Counted from the first letter of the whole stretch, positions 25,735 to 40,354 are shown. The stretch is 63,068 bases of DNA, filler included, from Octopus bimaculoides (GCF_001194135.2; 6 parts of 6 records of this genome joined end to end with filler, not necessarily neighbours in it); one strand, 5' to 3'. Numbers and translations: made by a program. The notes: a model not told the origin generated them from the sequence alone.

Positions 25735-25760
25735 GATGTATGTATGTATGTATGTATGTT

Positions 25761-26212
25761 AGACTGGACACCTTATTAGAATGAAGGATAGCAGGATCCC
25801 TAAGCAGATGCTATATGGGGAACTTGTGAGCGGAAAGAGACCTCGGCAGAAAGAAAGGCTGCGATTTAAGGACTATGTCAAGTCCTCATTGAAGGCTTGT
25901 GATATGCAGGAGACTGACTGGGAGAACAATGCCGCCAAAGATGGAGGAAGCAGGTTAAGGAGGGAATCGACACTTTGAGAGAGCACGTATTCTGCATGAA
26001 GAGCTTAAGCGTGCTGCTCGAAAGCACCTGCTGGTGTAGTGAATGGGGAAATCTTGGTCTGCAATGTTTGCAGTCGTGTATGCTTGTCAAGAGCAGGGCT
26101 CATTAGCCACCAACGGAGCCGCAAATGCAAAATATAAGTTAGTCCTGAGCGTTCAATATTCCTGAAGGTCAGCAATGGCCTTCCTCGGTCACGAGTGGAC
26201 TCCCATCATCAT
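25761..26212 (+). mobile_element. RTE-clade LINE 3' end
   Basis: WTGHLIRMKDSRIPKQMLYGELVSGKRPRQKERLRFKDYVKSSLKAC, then the C-terminal CxxC..H motif VCNVCSRVCLSRAGLISHQRSRKCKI*, a short 3' UTR and a (CAT)n tail. 5'-truncated. Confidence 0.9.
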
Positions 26213-26350
26213 GTATGTATGTACCTATCTATCTATCTATCTATGTGTGTGATGATAATGGACTCCAGTTGAAGACGACTTATGAGTATTCACCTTCTGC
26301 CGAACTACCTGTTCAAGTGATTTGTTTATAGTGATGAAATGTATGTGCTG

Positions 26351-26407
<57 letters not shown>

Positions 26408-26436
26408 ATATATATACATATGTATACATATATATG

Positions 26437-26526
<90 letters not shown>

Positions 26527-26579
26527 TAACGATTGCATGTTTTATCTTGCCAATACATTTGGTAGATATCATTATATGA

Positions 26580-26622
<43 letters not shown>

Positions 26623-26816
26623 CAGACACAAAATATTCTTACGTAATGGAGTACAACTCATACAATCTCAGGGAGAGAGATTCTATATATTACGCTTTGA
26701 AAATACTGTTGTTGAATGTAAGCTAAAACATCATAAAACTACGCAAATGACAGAAACAAATGCGAAATATCGCACACAATCACATCATAATGCTACATAC
26801 ACATAACAAGCGCGCG

Positions 26817-26866
<50 letters not shown>

Positions 26867-27820
26867 TGCATGCATGCGTAGTTGTATCTACATGCACACA
26901 TCTGTAGATACATACTTATATACATACATTTTTGCTCGATTGATGTAAAAAGACATTAAAGTCAAAATACGAAACATCATTTCTTAAAACAATAGTAACA
27001 CGTTAAACAGACATTTTCAATGTATTCATTTACACACAAGAGCATACAGACACATAAACACACACACGCGTACGTGTTGTGTGTGTGCATATGTACATAA
27101 ATAGATGTATATACATACATATAATTTATATATACACATATATTTATACACATGTGTACATGCATATATAAAATATAAATACAGTAAAATCTCAAGAACT
27201 CACCTAAACGTGACACACGAAAGCATTATATGAATAGCATACAAACAAAAACACTGTTTACAAACAAACGTTTACAAACCTAATAGAATATGCACGGATC
27301 ACACGTCACACATATTGCATTTAAAATCGTATATAGGTTTGATATAGCGTAAAATGTTAATGTATCAATCACAATAACTTAGCAACGATCTAGAAAACTT
27401 CAACATACCTCCCTGCAAACATTTAGCACATAAAATCGCATATGACATACATCAATTCAAACAAAGCAACAGATTACCAAATCGTCAGAAAGTTAGGCGT
27501 AAGCAATTTAAATACGGTACCTACAGCAAACAAAGTACAGACGTGACTGAGTTGTACTGACTTTCTAAACTTCTCAATTGCCGCGTTAGTCTGGGTTCGA
27601 TTTCACTGTGTGGTACCTTGTATAAATATCTTCGCTCATAACTTTGCGTTGATCAATGCTTTTATAATATGAATTTTGTACACGAAGGACAGGTAAAGTC
27701 CGTCAAGTATATATTTATTCAGGTGAGTGTGCATATGTAAATACACACACACACACACACACACGCACACACACACACACATACACACACACATATACAC
27801 ACACACACTACATACATACA

Positions 27821-27851
<31 letters not shown>

Positions 27852-27898
27852 GTATGTATATATTTATACATACATACATAGTATAGTGCCGAGCCATC

Positions 27899-28195
27899 CA
27901 AAACCTAGTGAGTGGATTTTGGAGACGGAAACTGAAAGAAGCCCGTCATCATATATATTTATATATCTATGTTTCTTAGCATCTTTGTTTTTGCGTTTGT
28001 CCACCATCACCGACTGACAACCGATGTTGGCGTGTTTGCATCCCCTATTCTAGCGGTTCCGCAAAAAGAGATCGATAGAATATGTCCCAAGCTTTAAAAA
28101 AATAAGTACTGGTGTCGATTTGTTCGAGGGAACCTTTCAAAGTGGTGCCCCAGCATGGCCGCAGTCCAATGACTGAAACTAGTAAAAGATAAAAT
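27899..28195 (+). mobile_element. SINE family B, 5'-truncated
   Basis: gagtggattttggagacggaaactgaaagaagcccgtc...gccccagcatggccgcagtccaatgactgaaac. Confidence 0.8.
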
Positions 28196-29143
28196 ATATG
28201 AATTCATATTTCTAGTAATATGAATAACTCTTTCAAGAGTGTATGAGTTAGTGTCCCTTAACTGTTTCTAATGTTGATTTTGGAGAAACCGGAAAGAACT
28301 ATTTTTTAGATGGAGGAAGAACAAAATTTTAAATATGGAATTAAAGCAGATTAAAACGCTATCAGTTGATGGGGAAGGATATAAGGTTGATGGGGCAAGG
28401 AGAATACGGGTGTTGTAAGGATAAAATATGGTAGAATAATAAACTATAGAAAAAAAGAAAATGTAAGACGAATTAAGTGTAAATTGAAACGATATCAGAC
28501 GTCACCGTATTGATGGAGTTTTATTTGGATGGAAGTTGTGATTCTTAGTTGTGTAATAGACTTCTTCAAAGTATTTGCATACCACAAATACCTTTGATAT
28601 GGTATCTAAATTGAAGTCTCTTCATAACAAGGTCTATTTTTACGCAGCTCAGAACTTTGTGGCTAATGCAGGCACTTTGAGAAGCGCTTTTTATGCAACT
28701 GGGAAACACCACGTTTACCCAACTAAAGCCACATGCAAGTAAGGATATATTATAATGCTTCGTATCAAACTTTCTTCGTTTTGTGCTTTCTTCTTTACAC
28801 TTTTCTGCTTTTTTTATTTATTATTTTTTTTTCTTGAAACACCCATCTTCATATTTTATCACCGATATTATATTCCTCCAATGGCCGTGTTTTAATCTCC
28901 CTTAATGCTATATAACATTTTGTTTTACGATAAATCCTTGCGTCTAACAGTATTTATTCTGCCTGATTGGAACAATTTCTCGCTTATCACTTTGCCATCG
29001 GAAATGCGATAAACTAGTGACTGACCTGTTGGAAAGAACAGCTTCACCGTTTACCAAGACATAATACTACAAAAATAAAATAACAAAGAAATAGACAAAT
29101 GTATGCTAGTGCACAATTTCTTTATATAGACACACACACACAC

Positions 29144-29204
<61 letters not shown>

Positions 29205-29656
29205 CTCTAAAACAAAGTAATATATATATAAATATATATACGAATCAATATACAAACATAAGCAAGTATTTTCATGGAATATAGTTTCTCAGATATGTTA
29301 AGACGTACATATTTTTCAATTTTCGTTATGTTTACATTTCCTATAAGTTTTACTATAAGTTTTGTATCGTACAAGACAGAACAAATTCAGAAAGAATTAA
29401 GCGAGTGATTCTGATTGGCTAAAATAAAAGATAAATAAGTAAAAGAAATCGACAGGAAATTACATTTTCCTTTCTATTTTAATTAAAACTTTTGTTATAT
29501 TAACTAATTAATGGTTTGTTGTTTTACAAACGAAATAAATAATTTTCGAGATCTTCGTTAATATAGTTCTTTATTCAAAAATGAAACAGAGAAAAGTTAT
29601 ACAAATTGAAAATAAGATTAGATATCATGTTTAGTTTTCAATATGTGACTATACTA

Positions 29657-29810
29657 GGTCGGCGAGCTGGCAGTATCGTTAGCACGCCGGGCGAAATGCT
29701 TTGTAGCATTTCGTCTGACGTTAAGTTCTGAGTTCAAATTCCGCCGAAGTCAACTTTGCCTTTCATCCTTTTAGGATCGATTAAATAAGTACCAGTTACG
29801 CACTGGGGCC
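29657..29810 (+). mobile_element. SINE family A, 3'-truncated
   Basis: A-box-like tggcagtatcgtt at about 29668 and B-box-like gagttcaaattcc at about 29730. Confidence 0.85.
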
Positions 29811-31284
29811 TATGTGTTTGTGTGTGTGCGTGTGTGCGCGCACATGTTTCAATTAATGTCATGTATATCAAGAGAAGTGAACATAAAACACATACTGCTA
29901 GGTTTGTACTACCCCCTTGAGACCCAACTACACTCTAGCTGAAAAATATAGAATACCTCATAAGTAATATAAACGTCCTAAATTCAGTGGCAGCATTAAT
30001 GAAGATGTTGCTTGTTAATTTAATGTATTAAACTTATCTTTATTAATGTATATCGAATTATACATAGATATATACACTATTTACACAGATATAAGACTTA
30101 GAATGTGTGATTCTTTGGACATTTTTGCCCGCCGCACTAAAACGTTTCCCCACCACGGATGTACATGTTTTAATTTTAACGAAGAAAAGATTGACACACA
30201 CTTCGAAGTTTCGGTTTTCTCGCCTTTGGCAGGTTATTTGTTGAAGGTGACGCAGTCGAAAATTCGAAGTTGATGTCACTCATTTCCGCATAAAAGTTAA
30301 TAAATATCTACTCTACTGGAAAAGCAATTTCATGAAGATCACCAAACTGAAACTTCGAAGTTACTGTTAATATATATATATTGACAGTATCTTGGGAGTT
30401 TACATATCTGTATGTGTAAATGTGTAAGCATTTATGTGTGTACGTGAATACGCATATATGTGGGTATGTATGCATTTAAACGTATATGTATATATATGTA
30501 CATGTATATATATATATATAAATATATATATATATANNNNNNNNNNNNNNNNNNNNNNNNNNNNNNNNNNNNNNNNNNNNNNNNNNNNNNNNNNNNNNNN
30601 NNNNNNNNNNNNNNNNNNNNNNNNNNNNNNNNNNNNNNNNNNNNNNNNNNNNNNNNNNNNNNNNNNNNNNNNNNNNNNNNNNNNNNNNNNNNNNNNNNNN
30701 NNNNNNNNNNNNNNNNNNNNNNNNNNNNNNNNNNNNNNNNNNNNNNNNNNNNNNNNNNNNNNNNNNNNNNNNNNNNNNNNNNNNNNNNNNNNNNNNNNNN
30801 NNNNNNNNNNNNNNNNNNNNNNNNNNNNNNNNNNNNNNNNNNNNNNNNNNNNNNNNNNNNNNNNNNNNNNNNNNNNNNNNNNNNNNNNNNNNNNNNNNNN
30901 NNNNNNNNNNNNNNNNNNNNNNNNNNNNNNNNNNNNNNNNNNNNNNNNNNNNNNNNNNNNNNNNNNNNNNNNNNNNNNNNNNNNNNNNNNNNNNNNNNNN
31001 NNNNNNNNNNNNNNNNNNNNNNNNNNNNNNNNNNNNNNNNNNNNNNNNNNNNNNNNNNNNNNNNNNNNNNNNNNNNNNNNNNNNNNNNNNNNNNNNNNNN
31101 NNNNNNNNNNNNNNNNNNNNNNNNNNNNNNNNNNNNNNNNNNNNNNNNNNNNNNNNNNNNNNNNNNNNNNNNNNNNNNNNNNNNNNNNNNNNNNNNNNNN
31201 NNNNNNNNACACATAAGCAATGTGCTTGTGAAGTTTAAGAAAAATCGGTCGAGCCGTTTTGGGGCAAAACGAAGACATACCGAT

Positions 31285-31325
<41 letters not shown>

Positions 31326-31744
31326 GACATTTTCAGTTTTAATATGTATGATATATATATATATCATACACGTTACGTGTGCGTGTGTCTGCACGCATCC
31401 AGACACACGTACACAAACACGTGCACACACATGTGTGTGTATGTGTGTTTGTGCGTGCGTGCGTGCGTGCGTGCGTGATCTTTCTTTGGAGAGAGTGCAA
31501 GCCGGTTGCTGACAAAGCAACAAGCTTTTTTAAGTTGAGTGTTCCCGGTGTTTGTAAATATGTGGTTGAATTGGAATGCTGGTTCAATAGTCGATGCATA
31601 CACCCAAGTATGTGCATCTGTTCAGAGAAGATTCTCAGATGGAGAATTTTTTTAAAGTTTTGCATATCTTCACTGTGCCAGCGTCAGTTTTTCCTTTTTG
31701 CTCTTTCTCCGTACAAATTTGTTAGTACATAACCAAATACATGT

Positions 31745-32020
31745 ATGATGATAAGTACAAATGCGAATTCATACTCTGGGTATTAGAGTTCTGCATTAGC
31801 CTTCCATAGACGTCCCATTTTTCCGGGACATTTGATTGCATATTCACATGTGCTGGACAGTTGACCTTTACAACAGTGCATTGCTTTTGTTCCCTGTCCC
31901 ACAGAACAATATCAGGTTTGTTATACTTGCACCGAATTTATGCTCTTAATGAAGTGTTCCACCACTATTCCTTCTTTTTAGAGGTGTGAATACCTGCTGG
32001 TTCTAACATAAATTTGATGT
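31745..32020 (-). mobile_element. RLE-type (R4/NeSL-like) LINE endonuclease fragment
   Basis: Minus-strand RCKYNKPDIVLWDREQKQCTVVKVNCPAHVN matches the PD-(D/E)xK restriction-like endonuclease motif. Confidence 0.75.
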
Positions 32021-32193
32021 ATACATCAGGGCAGTCCTTCTTGTAAATAGTCTTTGGAACTATATGCCTCAAGGTCGATAAAATAAGAACCAGTTGAATA
32101 ATGGAGTTGATATAATCGACTTAACCCCTCGAGACCAGTATATAATAGATACACGCACACACACACACACATACATGCATAATATATATATAT

Positions 32194-32235
<42 letters not shown>

Positions 32236-32255
32236 GCATAGATATACATATATGC

Positions 32256-32292
<37 letters not shown>

Positions 32293-33126
32293 CATACATA
32301 TATACCCGCATACACATATGTGTGTATGTATATACTTTTATGTACAAATATATAGACTTTATATATGTATATACATTCATGTATACAGACCTACTTATAC
32401 ATATATACATGTACATACAGATGTGTGTATGTGTATATATATATATATATATTGTTGCGTTTAGGGAGAGTCATTATTACCAGATGAAAACGAAGTATAT
32501 ATATACACACAGTGTGTATATATACATATTTATATATATATATACACACAAATATAAAACATAAGAAAGAGGAACTAGACTTTCGTTTCCTTACACATGC
32601 TACAATGATAAATCCTTTTCTTAAAGCCTATAAAAAGGTGAGCTGTATTGATATCGTTTGAGAAGCTGCTACGTAATTATCATTATAGCATGATGCATTC
32701 CACTGCTATATAACATGCCCATTAATATTGATAAACTGACTTCTAGTTGTGCCTAGGGTCTATAGGCACGCACACACACCACATACACATGTACATACAC
32801 GGACAAATGCAGAAACAGAACACATATCGTTGACAATCTTCACTCACGCAGTCATGTACGTACGTATATATACATACATATATATATATAGATAGATAGA
32901 TAGATAGATAGATATATATAATGTATGGATGTATGTATGTATAAATGCATGCACACACATATAATTATATATCTATATAATATTATATACTAGTATGCAT
33001 GCATAAATAAATCTCTATAGTTTATATTGATATAATATATAAATATACTTATATAAATTCATATGTATATATATCTGTATATATATATACACACATATAT
33101 ATATATACATATATATATATATTTAC

Positions 33127-33188
<62 letters not shown>

Positions 33189-33634
33189 ATATGTATGTGT
33201 GTATCATACGTACGTATTTATTACTAAATCATTCTTCATAGCCGAATGGTACCTAAAAGTTAACATGTATATAATACGCCGTATAATTAAACAGCGGCAA
33301 CATGATGCATATATAAAGAAACTGAACGATATTTCTGAAAAGAAACTCTCGCACAGCAATCTTATGTGTCTTTGTAATGATGCAGTACGGCAATACTAAC
33401 ATGCAAGTAGAATATGGAGATGATAAAATCATCCTAGATATATGAATATTAATATGGACCTTTACAACATAATGATTACAACTGAGAGACGATGAAGAAC
33501 TAATAATATTTTTAGCATATGGCTATAAATATTTCGGAGAAAGGAAATCCTGTTATATCAACTGCGATTGTTCACGAAATTTAAATTTTGTGACTCAGAA
33601 TCGTATCACAATCTAAACACACGTGACGAAGATA

Positions 33635-33960
33635 TAGAGTGGGGATAATCGCATGGAGAGTAGACGAACATAACAGCTTAGACAGAAAGATAAGGAAGTT
33701 GCTGACTAGATATGGGTCACTCCACCCAAAATGTGACACAGACTAATTGTATTTACCAGAACAAAGAGGGGGAAGAGTACTGATTGGATACGAACACAGC
33801 GTTAGAGCAGAAGAAAACAACATAGCATGGTATGTAAAATATGCCACAGAACCGCTATCCTTGGAAGTAAGAAGTTCGGGCTTGTGTGCGATGGAAGATT
33901 GCAAATATAAAGCACTATACAAGCACTTGAGAATGAATGAAACTGAAGAAAATTCTAACT
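33635..33960 (+). mobile_element. R4/Dong-like LINE post-RT fragment
   Basis: IIAWRVDEHNSLDRKIRKLLTRYGSLHPKCDTD*LYLPEQRGGRVLIGYEHSVRAEENNIAWYVKYATEPL, containing the LHPK..DRLY.PR..GGRGL motif. Confidence 0.8.
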
Positions 33961-34131
33961 GGGCCCCACCTGCAAGGTCATATGCTGTTAGTCTTGATAT
34001 GAGATCACCATGTCACGCACATATAGTTGTGATGCATGTACCTGATGTACCCTTATCAGACGGGTAGTCATGATGGGTATAATGGGCTTCGTATATTTTA
34101 CCCCAGTGTCGTATATTTTACCCTAGCTCTT

Positions 34132-34211
<80 letters not shown>

Positions 34212-34314
34212 TTATTTTCTTTCTACAAATGGAGAATAATGAACGCACATTGTAGTGGTAGAGTGCAAAATGTAGTGGGGGTCATATCAAAATATACCCA
34301 TTTTATAATAAATT

Positions 34315-34440
34315 TACTTACGAGCTGCGCATCCCACTACCCCTTACTCTTCCACTGAAGGTGGAACATGAACAAGTTGATGAAGACTTGGCTGAAAAGG
34401 AAACTGTAATTATCTTATTGACCTGGAAACATGAACGGGA
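34315..34440 (-). mobile_element. Tx1-like LINE 3' coding fragment
   Basis: Shares tttccttttcagccaag and following sequence with the + strand copy at 35448-35530. Translation FLFSQVFINLFMFHLQWK. Confidence 0.5.
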
Positions 34441-35269
34441 AAAAATCCTGTTGCTACTCATTGCCTTTTAATAAAAGAAAAATTATTGATTTCATAAGCC
34501 TGAAATTTAGTTTTATTTTATTTAAAGAATGTCTCGTTTACTATTTACCTGAGCATTTGATTAGCTTAAATGTGTTTTTAGAAAAACATTAGTTATGGTA
34601 TCCTGAATATATGAGGTTTACAGCAATAAATTTGATTTCCTCTTATCATGAGTTAACTTTCAGAAACATTTTGAGGAGCTACAATTTGAAATTCTATGAT
34701 TACAAATACCTGTTTAAATTTATTCTTAATTATTGTGATAATTTTTAAACCTTGAAATTAAAAAGAAACAGACAATTATTTAAATATGATATTTTAGTAT
34801 TAATATATATCATTAATATGGAAAGCATTTTTTATTAGCATTAAAGCGAGTTTATTTTGTAAAAATTCTATTATCCTAAGAATAATATTTTTTATTAAAA
34901 GTTTTGATTAGACTTTAAAGTTGTTCGCTGAAATTAAAAAGTGCTTATTTTTAAATATTTTTTAGAAACTTTGATCTTTTTTATAGGAGGGCTCTTTTGG
35001 AACGTGTCACCAGGCTAAAATCTGAGACATTTGGCGTTCTTTCATAATTTTTTTTTCTTTTAAAACACACGCCCATTAATTTTCTTGAAGACTATAAATT
35101 TCATAAAGGAGTTTTCTAAGGACAGTAATAATTTTTAAGAAGAGAATGAATCTAAAAAGGTTTTATTTGGTGATTATTATGTGAAATTTCTTGTTAATTG
35201 ATTCCAAGATGAAAATCTGCTCTGGCCATTTTTATTTTAAGGTAGCGAGTGCAAGAGCATTGCTGACCT

Positions 35270-35545
35270 GTGGAATTAAGTCGAACAGCTGTTATCACGT
35301 CCAGAATGGATCTAGCTATCAGTAGGTTCCATCATGCAGATCTCCTCACCACCTTCCTTTGGCCAGGAAAGGCAGGTAGCTTTGTCTGTCTGTCGGCTAT
35401 GGGGAAAGTGATTGTATAAAGGACGAGACTGAAATGGCTGAATAGAAACACTTTCCTTTTCAGCCAAGACTATTGACTTTTTCAAGTTCCACGTGGAAAG
35501 GAAGGTGTAGGTGGAGAGGTAGATGCTGCACCCCCACCACTTCGT
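35270..35545 (+). mobile_element. Tx1-like LINE 3' coding fragment
   Basis: Broken frames AMGKVIV*RTRLKWLNRNTFLFSQD and TFFKFHVERKV*VER resemble the Tx1-like ORF2 C-terminus. Confidence 0.6.
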
Positions 35546-35549
35546 ATAT

Positions 35550-35930
35550 TCTTTATTCTTTTATTCTTTAACTTGTTTCAGTCATTATGTCCGTGGCCAT
35601 GCTGGAGAACCGCCTTTTAGTCGAACAAATTGCCCCCTGGACTTATTCTTTGTAAGCTTGGTACTTATTTTACCAGTCTTTTGCCGAACTGCTAAGTTAC
35701 AGGGACGTAAACACACCAACATCGGTTGTCAAGCGATGGTGGGGATGACAAACACAGACACAAACATATATATACGACGGGCTTCTTTCAGTTTTCGTCT
35801 ATTAAATCCACTCAAAAGGCTTTTGTCGACCCGAGGCTATAATAGAAGACACTTTCCCAAGGAGTCACGCGGTGAAACTGAACTCGGAACCATGTGGTTG
35901 AGGAACAAGCTTCTCACCTCAGCCACGCCT
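35550..35930 (-). mobile_element. SINE family B, full length
   Basis: tRNA-like head, central domain and 3' domain all present; collinear with 57648-58030. Confidence 0.85.
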
Positions 35931-38637
35931 GCGCCTTTATACTTGTAAAAACAATTTGCCTGAAAGTAACGAGAATGGCCCGAGTAAATAGACGTACTCT
36001 ACACTGAAAAGTACGGAGGAAAGAGAAACACTTGCCATAGTGCTCCTAGAAACCAGGCTAACTTTGTGGAGTTTGTTGACCGCCCTTGGATAGCGTTTTC
36101 CCTCTGTTGAGGAGAATACTGTTAGTTCTTATGGCTTTTATTGTTTACATTTGTTTATGTTAAATTCCCGTTCTCCTTTGTTTCTTATTGTCCTAAATGT
36201 TTTGTGGCCGCGTGGTCAATAGAGAATATGTTGTTGTTGTTGTTGTTGCTGCTGCTGCTGCTGCTGCTCTTTTTGTTGTTGCTGCTGTTATTGATGCTGC
36301 TGTTTTTAATATTGCATGTCGGCGGAAAATTAGCTGAATAGCTAAATCGTCGTGCGATATACCACGTGGTATTTTGTTACAGTGCTTTACACTCCCTGTT
36401 CAAATTCTCCGATATCAATTTTGCATGTCATTCTTTTAGCGGGAACTGTTAATAGAGTGACCCTCTAGTACTGAACCTATTTCATCAACTAATCCCATAC
36501 TCTACTCCCACCAAATTTCTGACTTTGGACCTATGTTAAAAACAATTATTGTCGCTGTATATTTGTTTCCTGCTACAGAAACACGCTCTAGTATAATATT
36601 CCTAGTATGTCTACTTCGTTTTTACATAACACGCCAGGTTCCTTTCAGCTCAATAAAGTATTCTGTACAATAAAATTAAGATTCGGTGAAATAATAGTTT
36701 TCATTCGAATACATTTTTTTCTATTAATCACCATAATAAAATTCGGTTAGGTATATGAAATGAAAGTGTTAAAAAATTATGAAAGAAATCTGTATATTTT
36801 ATATAAACAAGAGAGTAGATCGCTCTTCTCTTTAGAATATAATAAACTTACTGTTTCATTTTCATGAAACCCAAACGAAAGACCAAACGTATACAAACTA
36901 AAATCTATTCAGACTTTTTATTTTCATATAGCAGCTATTTTACTGGAAAAGATTGTTTAAATAAATGTCAACTATTGAATGTTTTCTGAACACTTAGAGT
37001 AAACCGGAAATGATAAAACTTTGGAACGAATAATTTCAACACTGATAACAGAAATATTGCCAACCTACCAGAGAGAATACTCTTTGTTCTTTCAGTTATA
37101 AGTGTGTGTGTGTGTGTGTGTGTGTGTATAGCTATAATACTCATAGGTTAACACATATGTCATATATGCGTGTGTACGTGTGCAGCATAGTTGAAAGGAA
37201 AGCTTTTCCCTGTATACACAAATGTATGCATGTATATATGTGCGTGTGTGCGTATTGGTGTGTATGTGTGTAAGCGCATGTGATATCTGAGTGTTTATTT
37301 ATAGGGAATGTATGTATATAATAATGTTTACTATTGAAAAACAGATCTCTAACACATTTCTGATACTTTATCTTACTCATTTCGGACTTACGTATCTAAA
37401 TTTTAACTGCTCAAAGTGTATATAATGGCTACACGTTTATGTACATCCTGTCGTACTGGCCACTCATTTCTGCGTATTTTCAATCAAAATTAAAATGCCT
37501 TCAATTTATTGCATTGCTTCTTATGTTAAATATTATACCTTTATTCCTATGTATGCATATGGGTAAAATGTGCAAATACTTGCATTTTTATGCTATCTTT
37601 ATTAGCCACTTTATTCCTTATTGAGTAGTCCTATGATCCAAGCTGTTCATTCATGACCATCATATCTTTTGTTTTCAGACTTATCTAGAAAATTGCATTA
37701 ACTTTTTAAGATGCTAAAACCTGATTTCAGTTAGATTTCAATGCTATTTTCTGAAATGTTCCTTTGAGGCCAATCAATGCTGAAAACCAAAAACTAATTT
37801 CTACCAACAAAATTAGTAGCGTATCCGTCGATGGTAGATCGAACTAACTTAACCGACCGTCTAGTTCAACCAGGACATTGCAACCATCTTATAACTAACA
37901 GAATAAAAATGTTAACAAATACCAAACCATACATTTGCTTCCATAGTTCATCTCTAAAATACAGCGAATATACGGCAGCCATTTTGAATACAAGTAGTTT
38001 CAAATCTTTTGTGTTGTTGAATTGACTCTCGTTTACAGAAAAATTATCCCTGTTCTCTGCATATAATAACATTTTTTTCTTCAACCATTGCCGCCATCTT
38101 TCAAAAAAACGAACGTTCATTTGTCGTAAAACTTCAAATACACTGTTAACTATTTCTAATCATCCTGATTTGAAATAGCCGATGTTTAAAGTTCAAGTGA
38201 TGTTTCAAACATCTATTGTTGTCGTCTGCTTTAAGGTCGGGAACAAAAGACAGTCGTTATATCCCATTGTTAGATGTTCAGTGGTGAAAAACACAAACGA
38301 AATAAGCGTTTCCTGTCACTGACGTCTTTATGGTTGCTCAACCGTACAATAAATCGATGAGGCAATTGATTTTCATGCATTTATATATATTCGTACATAT
38401 ATGTGAGCATGTTTGTGTCTGTGCGCGCGCGCGTGTGTGAGTCTGTTTCTGTGTGTGTGTGTGTATGTATGTGTGCTTGTGTGTATGTGATTTTACCCTA
38501 TTTAGCAACTTGTTTAAGTCAGTGTATATTGCTTTTGAATATTTAGTATCTGTGATTGTGCGTTTTTACGTTGTTTTATAAAGTGAACGTGAACGGTTTT
38601 TATTTTCTAATTTACGAAAGGGGCTTTTCCTGTAGAT

Positions 38638-38677
<40 letters not shown>

Positions 38678-40281
38678 GATATTCTATATATATATATATA
38701 TATCTGTATATGAAAATATGTATGTATGCACACAACATTAACTGTTACCAATGAACTTAAACTTTAAAAGTTCATTATAAAATACGATGAACAACGGTAT
38801 GATTTAAAGAAAACACAACGCTGCTAAGACTTATAGAGTAGGTTGTCATTGGTCATGCTCTGTATATGTGAGTGTGTGCGCGTCTACTTGTGCTTATAAC
38901 AAGACAGTGAACTGACCGAATCTTGACAGCATCGGATAGGTTATTTTGCACTAGTGGTTCGGTTCTCTACAATTTGAGTTCAAGTTTCGCCGAAGTCAAG
39001 TTTGTTATTCATCCTTTCGAGGTTGTGACTACAGAAGCGATCTTGTCTCGGAGTTGATTCTTCTCGTTCACCATTATTTTCTCTGTCTCTCTTTGTGGAA
39101 GAAATTTGCTGTGCTCAGACATAGATAGCGGAGAGATCCGCCAAATCTAAAACTTTATCCAAAACACGCTTTGTGTTAGAACTATGTCCCTTTGGTTGTG
39201 TTAGAACTATAACTGTATTTTTAACTCTAAAAGCGACATAATTGTTTGCAAGGTGGATAGTTATCACTAAACTTGAATATAGGACAGAAAAACTATATTT
39301 GCCTGGGTACACATACATATTATATCAAAAGTTGACAATCTGCTCTGAATTTCGACGAGAACAGCATACCCACCGGTAGAATTCAGAGTAAACTGTCAAC
39401 TGCTAATATTTATAGAAGATACTTTCTCAGTGCAGTGCATTACGATCGAACCTGGAACTATGTGACTGCGGAGTAAACTTTTTTAACCACTCTGTCATGG
39501 TTGTGTTCTATTGTATCTATATCTCGAAATTTATTGCATTAGATTTCCTTTGTGGTTCAGTGCTTTGCTTCAGTATCCAATTTTATTATTAATGTAGGCT
39601 TTAGCAAAAGTCTTTGGCAAATGGTTGTTCCAATTTTACAAGCTCTTTATCATCCTCGCTTCAAAGAATAAAGATTTGAGACTTTTATCGTTACCGATAA
39701 TTCAATTATTCGAGAAAAGCAATTTTGTTACAAGTGCATTCATTAGATATGTTCTCTTCCATTGATTCTGATTAACTCAGTACCAGAAAGTGGATTGTTC
39801 TAGATGCATGTACCTAGTTAAAACGTGACAAGATGGTTGCCTTGGAAAGAATTAATTTTATCAATAATGGTTCACAAGAGGCAAAATATCGAAAACAGCA
39901 ACAACAGCTAAGAGAATCAATCTGACATTCTTTTAATGTGTCTAGATGACTATACTATGATCTTATCTTGGGTAGTTTTAGTGGAGTCTAATCATCTGCA
40001 ATCAATTAGATCGTGTTTGAGGTTTAATGCTAACTCATGAGATATTATCGTCTATCTATCTCTTCATCAGTCTCAGAATTCCTATAAAACAGACCATGGG
40101 TGCTGCTTTTTCTGGCCTAAATAAAGTACTTAAAAATACTCTGATAAAATTCGAATTCTCTTGAATCAGTATGAAGTTGCTGAAGATCTAATTGAAATGT
40201 TGTAGGTGTGTGTGTGCGTGTATGTGTGTGTGTGAGTGAGTGCGTGTGTGTGTGTTTGAGTGAGTGAGTGAGTGAGTGAGT

Positions 40282-40354
<73 letters not shown>

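Noticed and set aside
27590-27725. Plus-strand exon ending at strong donors gtaaag/gtgagt
   Set aside because: It is a decayed SINE family B head and contains stops.
29657-29745. tRNA gene (A and B boxes)
   Set aside because: There is no cloverleaf or anticodon arm and the sequence continues into the multi-copy SINE body. No genuine tRNA, rRNA or CRISPR array was seen in the window.
34317-34420. Apparent minus-strand exon with strong acceptor and gtaagt donor
   Set aside because: It shares a 17-mer and collinear sequence with the Tx1-like LINE fragment at 35448-35530, so it is a TE relic.
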